Assembly (NCBI GenBank): GCA_016209035.1
Contig: JACQWX010000005.1
Location: forward strand, 6,688 to 70,687
Source of the DNA: Elusimicrobiota bacterium
GTDB lineage: Bacteria > Elusimicrobiota > Elusimicrobia > UBA1565 > UBA9628
Length of the DNA stretch: 64,000 bases
Direction: 5' to 3'
Shown: positions 29,621 through 38,920 of the stretch, piece after piece
How positions within the stretch are numbered: position 1 is the stretch's first letter
How the letters are laid out: the number at the start of each line of letters is the position of its first letter
Position numbers and translations under genes: made by a program
Notes under the pieces: model-generated
Told to the model about the DNA's origin: nothing
The model's database searches: none
What the model saw: the letters and a program-made list of their open reading frames with translations, nothing else

Positions 29621-30361
29621 ATGCCAAAATTCCTCCTGAAATTCAACGCTGCGGTCATCAAAGAGGTCCCGATGGCCAAGGAGAGCCTCACGGTGGGCCG
29701 CAAGGCGGACAACGACGTCGTCATCGACAACCCGGCCGTTTCCGGGCACCACTGCAAGATCAGCGTGCAGGGCGGCACCTGTTTCGTGGAGGACCTCGAT
29801 TCCACGAACGGCACCTACGTCAACGAGAAGCGGATCAAGAAGGCCGGGCTGCACCACAACGACGTCGTCGGGGTCGCCCGGCACGCCCTCGTCTTCATCG
29901 AAGACACCGTTCCCATCGATCCGGCCGCTGCCCCGGCGCCCAAGTCCGCGGACGCCACCGTGGCGATCCCTCCCGAGAAGCAGGCTGAGATCGCCGCGGC
30001 GCAGGCCGCGACGCAGGAGGCCAGCCAGAAGCTTGGGGTCCTCAAGGTCCTCAAGGGCGAGGTGGGAGCGAAAGAATACGAGCTCAAGGGCATGTCCACC
30101 TACCTCGGCAAGTCCGACCGGGTGCAGGTGCCCATCAAGGGCTCGGGCCTCTTCGGGTCGGCTCCCGAGGTGGCCGCCTCCATCCACCGCAAGCCCGACG
30201 GGTACTACCTGCTGGCCATAGAGGAGGGCTACCCGGCCGTCAATGGGGTCAAGGTCTCCGGGAGCATGCTCCTCAAGGACGGCGACCTCATCGAATGCGG
30301 AGGGACGACGATCCAGTTCAACCTCAAGGATATCCGTCCCGACGCCACGAAGGCCCCGTAG
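29621..30361 (+). CDS. Double FHA-domain protein
   Basis: VGR..VSGHH..DLDSTNGTYVN; second degenerate FHA (VNG..LKDGDLI). Confidence 0.88.
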   Translation: MPKFLLKFNAAVIKEVPMAKESLTVGRKADNDVVIDNPAVSGHHCKISVQGGTCFVEDLDSTNGTYVNEKRIKKAGLHHNDVVGVARHALVFIEDTVPIDPAAAPAPKSADATVAIPPEKQAEIAAAQAATQEASQKLGVLKVLKGEVGAKEYELKGMSTYLGKSDRVQVPIKGSGLFGSAPEVAASIHRKPDGYYLLAIEEGYPAVNGVKVSGSMLLKDGDLIECGGTTIQFNLKDIRPDATKAP

Positions 30362-31105
30362 CTACTTCGTCCCCGCGGGGTTGGTCGTATCGGCCGCCGC
30401 AGGGCTGGTCGTGCCGGCGGCAGGGGCGGCCTGCAACATCTTGCTCAAGTCCATGCCCGGCATCATGTTCTTCATCATGGCGTTGGGGTCCATGCCGGGG
30501 GGCATCCCGCCTTGAGGCATGCCGGGCATCCCAGGCGACACCTGGGAGCCGCCGACCCCCTTGGCTCCCTTGTCCGTCGACCAGGAGACAGGCTTCAAGC
30601 CCGACTGCCTCGTGCCCAGCTTGGGCGGGGCCCACGACTTCTTCGCCGGCGGCTGGGCCTTGGCAGCCTTGGGGACGACCGCTTCGAGGTCGACGCTCTG
30701 TTCCGGCTGGGCCTGCGCTTGCGGCGGCTGGGGCTTCATCTGGGACTCCCGGCTGCCCGCGACGAATCCCAAGGAGCTCGTCGCCGAGGACGCTTCCGTC
30801 CCGAAGTCCATGACGACGGGCTTGGCCAGGGAGTCCTGCTTCGCGATCGGAGGGGCCGTCACGATGGGGCTGGGCTGGACCGGCCCGCGGCCCTCGCGTT
30901 TCTCGAAGACCGTCATGATGTTGGCGCCGGGGGTGCCGCTCTTCGTGGTGTCGGTCATGCGCAGGTACGCGACCACGAGGAGAGGGATGACGAGGAGGAG
31001 CGCCACCGCCGCCAAGAGCATGTAGGTCCTGCGCGCTCGGGCGGCTTCCAGGTCCTGCGGGGTAGGCTCCATTAAGGTGATTTCTTGGAGACTTTCCGAC
31101 GCCAT
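30362..31105 (-). CDS. Single-TM Pro/Met-rich hypothetical protein
   Basis: One TM (LLAAVALLLVIPLLVVAY) then low-complexity tail. Confidence 0.6.
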   Translation of the reverse strand: MASESLQEITLMEPTPQDLEAARARRTYMLLAAVALLLVIPLLVVAYLRMTDTTKSGTPGANIMTVFEKREGRGPVQPSPIVTAPPIAKQDSLAKPVVMDFGTEASSATSSLGFVAGSRESQMKPQPPQAQAQPEQSVDLEAVVPKAAKAQPPAKKSWAPPKLGTRQSGLKPVSWSTDKGAKGVGGSQVSPGMPGMPQGGMPPGMDPNAMMKNMMPGMDLSKMLQAAPAAGTTSPAAADTTNPAGTK

Positions 31106-31149
31106 AGTGTAGCACCGGGAGGGCTGGTTTTCAAGGGGAAATTGGGCCC

Positions 31150-31177
31150 TTGACAACCAGCGGATTCCTGTTATACT
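31150..31177 (+). promoter_or_regulatory. Sigma70 promoter of the motor operon
   Basis: TTGACA-16nt-TATACT with TG extension. Confidence 0.65.
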
Positions 31178-31267
31178 TAATGCAGCAACATCCCGAACGC
31201 GCGAGGCGCCGTTTGCGGGCCTTGGGGTTGGGTCCGCGGCCGCGGCGTCATGCGTAGCGCGCTAGGG

Positions 31268-31340
31268 CGATAAAGGCAAACCCGCTGCAAGGCGGGGGCG
31301 CAAAGCCAGACTCCCTTCGGGGAGGGTCAGGTTGCCGAAC
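31268..31340 (+). promoter_or_regulatory. c-di-GMP-I (GEMM) riboswitch
   Basis: GGCAAACCCGCT-GCAA-GGCGGGGGCGCAAAGCC...GGTTGCCGAA consensus; G at the G20-equivalent position (c-di-GMP rather than c-GAMP type). Confidence 0.88.
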
Positions 31341-31344
31341 AAAA

Positions 31345-32973
31345 ATGGCCAATCATGAGGCCAAGGGCCAGGCCCTTGGGCAGATTCGCCGTCCTGCAGC
31401 GGCCCTGTCAGCCGCGGCAGGATTCTTTTTTGGGGCGCTGGCCTTGACGCCGTCCCAGACCTTCGGCCGCGAGGTCGGCGGACAAGTCGGCTCCTTCCTG
31501 TTCTACGGCGTCGGCGGCCGGGCACTGGCCATGGGCGGCGCCTACTACGGCATCTCCGACGACGCCAGCGCGGTCTACTGGAACCCTGCGGGCTTGACCC
31601 TCCTCCAGCGCAAGGAGGTCACCCTGATGCAGGCGACGCTGCCCACCGAGGCGAAGATGATGTTCTTCAGCTACGCCCACCCGACGAAGAAGGGGAGCGT
31701 CTTCGGGGTCGGCATGACGCAGATGAGCGCGAGCGGCTTCGAGAAGGTCGACGTGGTCTACGACCCGGACGACCTCACCCAGGAGCGGACGGTCAGCCGG
31801 GCCGGCTCGTTCGACGCCAAGGAGCAGGCCATGGCCTTCGCCTGGGGCAAGAACATCACCGAGACCCTGGCCTTCGGCCTGACCCTCAAGCAGGTTACCC
31901 GCGCCCTGGGCGGCAAGTCGGATAACAACAAGACCCTCGACGTCGGCATGATGAAGGGCATGGGCCCGTACTACCGTGTCGGGTTCGGCATCCAGAACGT
32001 GTTCGCGCTGCGCAAGGGAGAGACCGACGACCGGCTCCCCGTGGTCGTCCGGGTCGGCAACTCCTTCCGGTTCTTCAAGGACCGGCTCACCATCGCGCTG
32101 GACGCGACCAAGCCCATGACCGGCGACGTGGACGTGCGCTTCGGCGGGGAGTACTAGGTGGTGCGGTGGTTCGCCTTCCGGTTCGGGCTCATGGGCATCC
32201 CGGACATCCAGGAGACCGACTTCGGGTTCGGGCTGAAGTTCAACAGCTTCAGCCTCGACATCGCCCAGGGCATCCACGACCTCGGCGCTTCCGCGAGCAC
32301 CAGGATGGGGGTCTCCTTCCGGTTCGGCCAGTCCAAGGAGGACCGGGCGAGCATCCAGGTCCGCGAGTTCGTCGGCCAGGGCCAGGAGGCCTTCACCGAG
32401 GGCAACTTCGCGCTCGCGGCCCAGAAGCTCAACTTGGCCATCGACGCCCAGCCCGGCAACAAGCAGGTCGAGGCCATGCTCGCGCGCGTGATGGCCGCCA
32501 CCTCCTTCGTGCCGCAGGCCATGGGCGGCGAGGAAATCCAGAGCCACGTGCGCAAGGGCGTCATCTCCTACGTGGACGGCAGGGACCTGCGCAACTCCGT
32601 CAACGCCCTGCGCCACGCCTTCAACAAGAACGTCAAGGACGAGAAGGTCCTGGGCCTGCTGAACATGGTGGAGAAGGAGGCGGGCGTGGTCGAGATCACC
32701 CGCCGCATCGACGGGCCCGAGCAGTTCACCTGGGTGGACCAGAAGATCTTCGACGCCCGGCAGTCCGTCTACGACGGCAAATACGACATGGCGGTCCGGC
32801 GCAGCCAGGACGTCCTCGACCTCGAGCCCAACAACATCACCGCTTTGGAGGTCATGGGGAGCGGCTTCTTCATGATGGAGCGGAAGGAGAAGGCGCTCGC
32901 CGTCTGGCGGCGGGTCCTGGAGCTCGACCCGAACAACCAGGCGGTCAAGGAGTTCATCCAGAGGCTGAAGTAA
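31345..32973 (+). pseudogene. PorV/PorQ-family beta-barrel + TPR protein, interrupted by in-frame TAG at 32155-32157
   Basis: GVGGRALAMGGAYYGISDDASAVYWNPAGL motif; the two ORFs are in frame (GGEY*VVRW); barrel end GVSFRFG followed by TPRs. Confidence 0.8.
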
Positions 32974-33068
32974 GGGGCGCGGCTCCTGGTGACCGCACGA
33001 GCGCCCCTTGCCCTCCCCTAGTGCGCCGGTCGCAGGACCGGTGGGCCGGAAATCAATATTTAACAAGG

Positions 33069-35057
33069 ATGGCTTACACTTTCATCCGCATGGCAAGCTC
33101 CATGCCGTACATGGTCATGATGGCCTTCGTCGCCGCCGCGGCAGCGGCTGGGGGCGGATCCGGGATCCAGTCTCCCGACCTGGGGCTCCTGCAGGAGCAG
33201 AACCGCATCAAGGCCGAATCCGAGTCGAAGATCCAGCGCGACATCCTCGACCCCATGCTCGGGGAGGGGAAGGCCAAGGTCTTCGTCGACGTGGAGATGG
33301 AGGTCAAGATCGAGCGCGAGGAGGCCAAGCGCAGCGGCCTGGGCTTGGCGGAGCGCTACAAGGAGAAGCAGGGCGCTCAGAAGGGCCTGGGCGCCGACAC
33401 CCTCTACGTCCTGCCCGGGATCCCCAAGCCCAAGACCATCAGCCAGGGCCTCAGCACCGACAAGCCCGAGTCCCTGCTCGCCCGGCAATCGGAGCAGACC
33501 AAGGGCATCGAGGAGGAGCGCTACGCCCAGAAGCCGGTCTTCAAGCGGATGGAGGTCAAGGTCTTACACGACGCCACGGTGCTGACGACCGCGGTTGAGC
33601 AGAAGCCCGTGCGGGACAGCATCGTCGACGCGATGGGGCAGTACCAGCTCACGCAGGACCAGGTGGTCTTCAGGGCCATGAAGTTCAATAGGGTCCTCAT
33701 CAACTGGGTCGACGACCTCAAGAAGCCTTCGGTCTACCTCCCGCTCCTCTACGCGTTCCTGCTGCTCCTGCTGCTGTTGTTCCTGTTCGGGCCGCTGGCC
33801 CGGTTCCTGCGCCAGTACGTGGCCGCCCTGAGAGAGAAGCCCGCGGCCGAGGTCAACGTCGAGTCGAAGATGGAAGCTCCGGAAGAGAAGGGGAAGGAGG
33901 AAGAGGGCTTGAATGAGGGCGCGCTCGACATCACCCTCCAAAGAAAGCCCTCCGAGTCGCAGGAGGACGAGTCCATGAAGAAATTCGAGCCCTTCTCCTA
34001 CATCAACGAGGAGAACATCAAGAGGCTGGTCTACATGTTCCTCCTGCGCAAGGAGGAGCCCTGGATCATCGCGGTGGTGGCCAGCTACCTGCGGCCCGAG
34101 TTCGCCCGGGCCCTTCTGACCGCGCTGCCGGTCGAGCTCCAGTCCAAGGTGGCCCTGGAAGCCCTCACGGTGCGATCGTTGACCAAGGAGCAGGTGCAGG
34201 CCATCGACGGCGAAATCAAGGAGAAGGTGGATTTCGTGGTGGGAGGGATCGAGCGGCTGGTCTCCATGCTCGACGAGGCCGACGTCGCGACCCGCAACAA
34301 CATCCTCAACTACCTCAAAGACGAAAAGCCTTCCTTGTACGAGAAGGTCCGGAAGTTCATCATGATCTTCGACGACATCGTCGGGTTCTCGGACCGCGAC
34401 GTCCAGACCATCGTGCGCGAGCTCAAGCCCGACAGCATGGCCAAGGCCCTCCAGAACGCCTCGCCCGAACTGGTCAACAAGTTCTTCTCGAACATGTCCG
34501 CCGGCGCGGGGAGCCTCCTGAGGGAGGCCATGGAGTACGTCACGGGCCTGACCGAGGAAAAGATCGAGGAGGAGAGGTCCAAGATCATCGAGACCGTAAA
34601 GGTGCTCGACAAGGAGGGCAGGATCGCGGTGCGGGCCAAGGTCGACGAGAGCATGGGGTTCGAGGCCCTGCAGGAGGAGCTCTCCTCCCGTGAGAGGCGC
34701 GAGCGCTCAGGCCCCGGGCCTTCGGCCCAGGCCGCGGCCCCGGCGCCGTCCGCGGGGCCTGCGCCCGCGCCTCAGGCGGTCGTGCCCGAAGAACAGGCCG
34801 CGCAGGCGCAAGGCTATCTCCAGAGCGGCATCTCCTATCACGACTCCGGGCAGCTGGATGCCGCCGTCCAGTACCTCGAATACGCGTTGACGCTGGACCC
34901 TTCGCTGTGGCAGGCGCACCAGTATCTGGGGGGCATCTGCTATCAGATGGGGCGGACCGCCGAGGCCCTGACGCACTACGAGAGACTCTTGGAGCTCCAT
35001 CCCGACCCTCAGATGCAGCAGTGGGTGGAGAGCTTCAAGTCCCAGGCAGGTAAATGA
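33069..35057 (+). CDS. FliF(RBM3)-TM-FliG(M,C)-TPR fusion rotor-like protein
   Basis: ILDPMLGEGKAKVFVDVE..LPG..KRMEVKV..DQVVFRAMKF (FliF C-terminal ring motif); TM; EEPWIIAVVASYL (FliG EHPQ-like); MIFDDIVGFSDRDVQTIVRE, NMS (FliG-C); terminal TPR. Confidence 0.8.
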   Translation: MAYTFIRMASSMPYMVMMAFVAAAAAAGGGSGIQSPDLGLLQEQNRIKAESESKIQRDILDPMLGEGKAKVFVDVEMEVKIEREEAKRSGLGLAERYKEKQGAQKGLGADTLYVLPGIPKPKTISQGLSTDKPESLLARQSEQTKGIEEERYAQKPVFKRMEVKVLHDATVLTTAVEQKPVRDSIVDAMGQYQLTQDQVVFRAMKFNRVLINWVDDLKKPSVYLPLLYAFLLLLLLLFLFGPLARFLRQYVAALREKPAAEVNVESKMEAPEEKGKEEEGLNEGALDITLQRKPSESQEDESMKKFEPFSYINEENIKRLVYMFLLRKEEPWIIAVVASYLRPEFARALLTALPVELQSKVALEALTVRSLTKEQVQAIDGEIKEKVDFVVGGIERLVSMLDEADVATRNNILNYLKDEKPSLYEKVRKFIMIFDDIVGFSDRDVQTIVRELKPDSMAKALQNASPELVNKFFSNMSAGAGSLLREAMEYVTGLTEEKIEEERSKIIETVKVLDKEGRIAVRAKVDESMGFEALQEELSSRERRERSGPGPSAQAAAPAPSAGPAPAPQAVVPEEQAAQAQGYLQSGISYHDSGQLDAAVQYLEYALTLDPSLWQAHQYLGGICYQMGRTAEALTHYERLLELHPDPQMQQWVESFKSQAGK

Positions 35058-37075
35058 CCATGGCCGACGAACGACAACACGATCCCAACGAACCGGTGCC
35101 GCCTCCCTTGCCGCCCTTCGCGGGGCGCCCCGGCCAGCCGCCGCCTCTTCCAGGGGGCCAGCCTCCGGGGGCGCCGCCGCCTGCCCTGCCGGGCCCTCCG
35201 CCTTCGGTGCCGCTTTCGCTGCCTTCCGGTTTTCCTCCACCCGGCACGGCGCCCATGCCTTCGGTGCCGCAGGTGCCGCCTCCCGGCCCCGCGTCCATGG
35301 CGCCCGCGCCAGGACGGTTACCCCCGCCGCCTGGTCCTGCGCCCATGGCGCAGGCGCCTCAGACGCCCAGGCCGCCGGCCGCGCCCTTCGCTCCGATGAT
35401 GCCCGCCAGGGGCGTGGCGTCTCCGCCCGCCCCGCCCTTCGCAGCGGCGCCGGCGCCGCAGGCGCAGCCGCCGAAGGGGACGGACCCCGCGGCCGTCAAG
35501 GAGGAATACGAGAGGAAGCTGGCCGCGATGGAGAAGCGCCTGCAGGAGGAGCGGGAGAAGGTCCTCCTCGCCAACCTCAAGAGCCAGTCTGAGGCCGCGA
35601 CCGCGGCCAAGGTCGAGGTCGCCATCAAAGAGCTGCAGGACAAGATCCGCCGGGATCGGCGCGACCAGGAGTCCGAGGAGCTCAAGCACAAGCTCGACAC
35701 GAGGGTGGTTGAGCTCGAGACCAGGCTCGCCCAGGAGCGCGAGACCTGGCTCGTGACCCTCAAGAACCAGATGACCCAGCGCGAGGTCCAGGACAAGGAC
35801 TTCGAGTCCCAGCTCGCCGGGCGGCTCCAGGAGATGGAGCGGCGTTGGCTGGAGGAGAAGGCGGTCTGGCAGAAGACGGTAGGCGCCAAGGACGACGAGA
35901 TCCGCAACCTCAGGAACCTCGCGGAGAAGCTCAAGGGGGTCGAGGTCGAATGGGGGAAGGTATCGAGCGAGAAGAAGAACCTCGAGGAGAGGCTGGCCGA
36001 ACTCGTGAAGGAGAAGGCCGACTCCCAGCTCAAGGCGCAGAAGGGGCTGGAGGCCGAGAAGGAGGCGATCGGGCTTCGCGCCGAGCTCTCCGTGGCGAGG
36101 CAGCAGCTCGCCTCGGTGTCGGAGAGGCTCGAGCGCGACCTTCAGGCCATGCGCCAGTCGGCGCGGGAGCGGGAGGACCGGCTGACCTACGAGGTGGACC
36201 GGCTGCAGCGGGAGCTCTCGGGCCTGGGCCAGCGCATGAGGATGGAGCACGAGGCCGAGCTCAAGCGGGCCAAGGACCAGGGCGAGTCCGAGAAGAGCCA
36301 ATATAAGGAAAAGGCGGACAAGTCCGCGGCGGACGTCGCGAAGCTCAAGGCCATCCTGGCCGCCATGGAGCGGCAGGCCGCGATGAGCCGCGCCCAGGTC
36401 ATGCAGCTGCGCAAGTCGGCGTCCGAGTGGGAGAAGACCCAGGAGCACTACAAGGCCGAGTTCGTGGTGCTCCAGAGGCGCTGGGCCGACCGGGAGCGGG
36501 AGATCCGCTCCGAGGTCGAGGCGAACCTTTCCCGGGTCTTCGCGGCGGACATGGACAAGGCCCGGGCGGTGTTCGAGGAGAGGCTCAAGAAGGAGACCGA
36601 GGCCCTCAACGAGAAGACGGGCTCCCAGGGCCGCGAAGCCATGATGGAGAAGGAGAAGGAGATCATGGCCCTGCAGCGGACCATCGAGGATCTCTCCAAG
36701 GCGAAGACCGGCGAGGAGGAGGAGAAGCGCTCGACCAAGGCCGCCTTGGAGGAGTCCCAGCGCGGCTCTCGGGAGGGCGCCGCCAGGCTCGATGCGTCCC
36801 TTCGGACCCTCCAGGAGGAGGCGGGCGCGCTCAAGGCCGACCTGGCCGACGCCCGCGAGAGGCTCGAGATCGCGGAGAAGGCCGGGGCCTCGATGGCCTC
36901 GGAGAAGTCCGAGCTCCAGCGTCTCTCCATGGCCCAGGCCGCGGAGATCAAGAACATGCAGGACGCCTTCTTCGGCCTGCGCGGCCAGCTCGCCAAGGAC
37001 GCCCAGTTGGCGAAGTCCTTCATGGAGGAGCGGGAGAGGCTGGAGAGGCGGATCAGGGAGCTGGAGGGGAGATGA
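35054..37075 (+). CDS. Pro-rich N-terminus + ~530-aa coiled-coil protein
   Basis: E/K/R/L/A heptad-rich sequence; ATGA overlaps on both sides. Confidence 0.8.
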   Translation: MTMADERQHDPNEPVPPPLPPFAGRPGQPPPLPGGQPPGAPPPALPGPPPSVPLSLPSGFPPPGTAPMPSVPQVPPPGPASMAPAPGRLPPPPGPAPMAQAPQTPRPPAAPFAPMMPARGVASPPAPPFAAAPAPQAQPPKGTDPAAVKEEYERKLAAMEKRLQEEREKVLLANLKSQSEAATAAKVEVAIKELQDKIRRDRRDQESEELKHKLDTRVVELETRLAQERETWLVTLKNQMTQREVQDKDFESQLAGRLQEMERRWLEEKAVWQKTVGAKDDEIRNLRNLAEKLKGVEVEWGKVSSEKKNLEERLAELVKEKADSQLKAQKGLEAEKEAIGLRAELSVARQQLASVSERLERDLQAMRQSAREREDRLTYEVDRLQRELSGLGQRMRMEHEAELKRAKDQGESEKSQYKEKADKSAADVAKLKAILAAMERQAAMSRAQVMQLRKSASEWEKTQEHYKAEFVVLQRRWADREREIRSEVEANLSRVFAADMDKARAVFEERLKKETEALNEKTGSQGREAMMEKEKEIMALQRTIEDLSKAKTGEEEEKRSTKAALEESQRGSREGAARLDASLRTLQEEAGALKADLADARERLEIAEKAGASMASEKSELQRLSMAQAAEIKNMQDAFFGLRGQLAKDAQLAKSFMEERERLERRIRELEGR

Positions 37076-37299
37076 TCTCGCTCCACAAGCTCAACGGCGC
37101 CCAATTCGTCCTCAACGCGGAGCTCATCGAGAGCGTCGAGCCCGGGCAGTCCCAGTGCCTGGTGTGCCTTGCGACCAGCAACAAGTTCGTGGTCAGGGAA
37201 TCGGCGGAGGAGGTCGTCCAAAAGGTGATAGAATACCGAAAGAAGGTCAACGCCGAGGCCAAGGTGGTCAACCCCATCGCCGGCTTCAAGAGGGAGTGA
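37072..37299 (+). CDS. flbD: Flagellar FlbD/SwrD-family protein
   Basis: MISLHKLNGAQFVLNAELIESVE...KFVVRESAEEVVQKVIEYRKK. Confidence 0.88.
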   Translation: MISLHKLNGAQFVLNAELIESVEPGQSQCLVCLATSNKFVVRESAEEVVQKVIEYRKKVNAEAKVVNPIAGFKRE

Positions 37300-37303
37300 T
37301 CCG

Positions 37304-38089
37304 ATGGACATTGCGACCGTGATGGGCATCATCGTCTTCATGGGCCTGGCCGTGACCGCGATCTTCATCCAGGAGGGGAAGGCGGGCTTCGTCCCGTTCC
37401 TGAATTTGGAGGCGTTCCTCCTCATCGCGGGCGGGACCTTCTGCTCCACCCTGGTGAACTACCCCTTGAAGCAGATCGTGGGCCTCGGCAGGATCCTGCG
37501 CAAGGTGCTCTTGAGCTCGGGAGAGGAGACCGCCGACATCGTGGGGACTTTCGTGAGCCTCTCGCAGAAGGCCAAGAAGGAAGGCTTCCTGGCGCTCCAG
37601 GCCGACGTGAGCGCCCTCAAGGACGACTTCATGCGCCGCGCCGTCCAGCTCGTCATCGACGGCCAGGACCAGGAGTTCATCCGCTCCATGCTCGAGACCG
37701 AGATCGGCTTCATCCGGGAGCGCCACAAGGTCGGCCAGGAGATCTTCAACGCCATGGGCACCTATTCCCCGGCCTTCGGCATCATCGGCACGGTCCTGGC
37801 CATGATCCTGATGCTCTCCAGCATCTCCGACGTCTCGGCGGTGCCGCGGCGCATGGCCTTGGCCCTGGCGTCCGCCTTCTACGGGCTGACCGCCGGCTAC
37901 CTCGTGTTCCTGCCCATGGGAGGCAAGCTCAGGCGCCGCTCGGAGGAGGAGCTCCTGGTCAAGGAGATCGTCATCCGCGGGGTCCTGCTCCTGCAGAGCA
38001 ACGCCACCCCCAGCGTCGTGGAAGCGAACCTCAAGGCCTACCTCGAGCCCGCCAAGAGGACGAGCGTGAAGGGGACGGCCGGAGCTTGA
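37304..38089 (+). CDS. motA: Stator A subunit MotA/PomA
   Basis: MDIATVMG, KKEGFLAL, QLVIDG, YSPAFGIIGTV, FYG..FLPMGGKL. Confidence 0.92.
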   Translation: MDIATVMGIIVFMGLAVTAIFIQEGKAGFVPFLNLEAFLLIAGGTFCSTLVNYPLKQIVGLGRILRKVLLSSGEETADIVGTFVSLSQKAKKEGFLALQADVSALKDDFMRRAVQLVIDGQDQEFIRSMLETEIGFIRERHKVGQEIFNAMGTYSPAFGIIGTVLAMILMLSSISDVSAVPRRMALALASAFYGLTAGYLVFLPMGGKLRRRSEEELLVKEIVIRGVLLLQSNATPSVVEANLKAYLEPAKRTSVKGTAGA

Positions 38090-38095
38090 TCCCCC

Positions 38096-38920
38096 ATGTC
38101 TCTGCGAGCCCCGAAGGGATTCATCGACGAGTCGGACCCCAAGGTCTGCCAGATCGGGCACCCGGCTCCGCCCTGGCTGGTCAACTACGCCGACCTCATG
38201 ACCGAGATGGTCTGCTTCTTCGTGATCCTCTACGCCCTCTCGGCCGCGCTCAACAAGGATGTGCAGGACGCGAAGTCCAGGGTCGAGAAGATGATGCAGA
38301 AGGGCCAGATGAAGGGCGAGGTGAAGATCGACCAGGAGGGCTTGAAGATATCCCTGGAGGAGGAGGGCAAGATGTCCTTCTTTGAGAGCGGCTCCGCGGA
38401 CCTCACCCCCGGCATGAAGGAGATCCTCGTCAAGCTCTCCCCCATCCTGATGAAGCTGACGGGCAAGCAGGACATCATTATCGAGGGGCACACGGACAAC
38501 AAGTACATCTCCAACGACTACTTCGATTCCAATTGGGAGCTCTCGACGGCCCGCGCCACCAATGTCGTGCGCACCCTGATCGACAAGCACGGGTTCCCGC
38601 CCAACAAAATGGCGGCCATGGGCTACGGCGAGTTCCGGCCCCAGGCGCCGAACGACTCGCCGGACAACATGGCCAAGAACCGCAGGGTCGTCTTCTTCGT
38701 GAAGAACGTTCCGTTCAAGGCCGAGGAACCCAAGCCGGAGAAGGCTCCGCCCATGACGCCCAAGGAACGCGTCGGGCGTCAGGACGGGCCGGCTGCCGCC
38801 GGCCCGCCAGGGGAGGCCCCGGCCGCCGACGTCGTTCCGGAAGGCCAGGGCGCCGCTCCCGCCGGTGAGGCGAGCCCTGAGGAGGCCCCGCCCATGGCGC
38901 CCGAGGAGTCACCGCAATGA
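38096..38920 (+). CDS. motB: Stator B subunit MotB with OmpA-like peptidoglycan-binding domain
   Basis: WLVNYADLMT (conserved Asp); IEGHTDN, SNWELSTARA, NRRV. Confidence 0.92.
   Translation: MSLRAPKGFIDESDPKVCQIGHPAPPWLVNYADLMTEMVCFFVILYALSAALNKDVQDAKSRVEKMMQKGQMKGEVKIDQEGLKISLEEEGKMSFFESGSADLTPGMKEILVKLSPILMKLTGKQDIIIEGHTDNKYISNDYFDSNWELSTARATNVVRTLIDKHGFPPNKMAAMGYGEFRPQAPNDSPDNMAKNRRVVFFVKNVPFKAEEPKPEKAPPMTPKERVGRQDGPAAAGPPGEAPAADVVPEGQGAAPAGEASPEEAPPMAPEESPQ

Noticed and set aside
32155..32157. Genome-wide TAG reassignment or pyrrolysine
   Set aside because: Many genes here end cleanly at TAG (e.g. PBP1A, FHA protein, YtxH) and no pyl genes are seen; a single TGG->TAG change is simpler.
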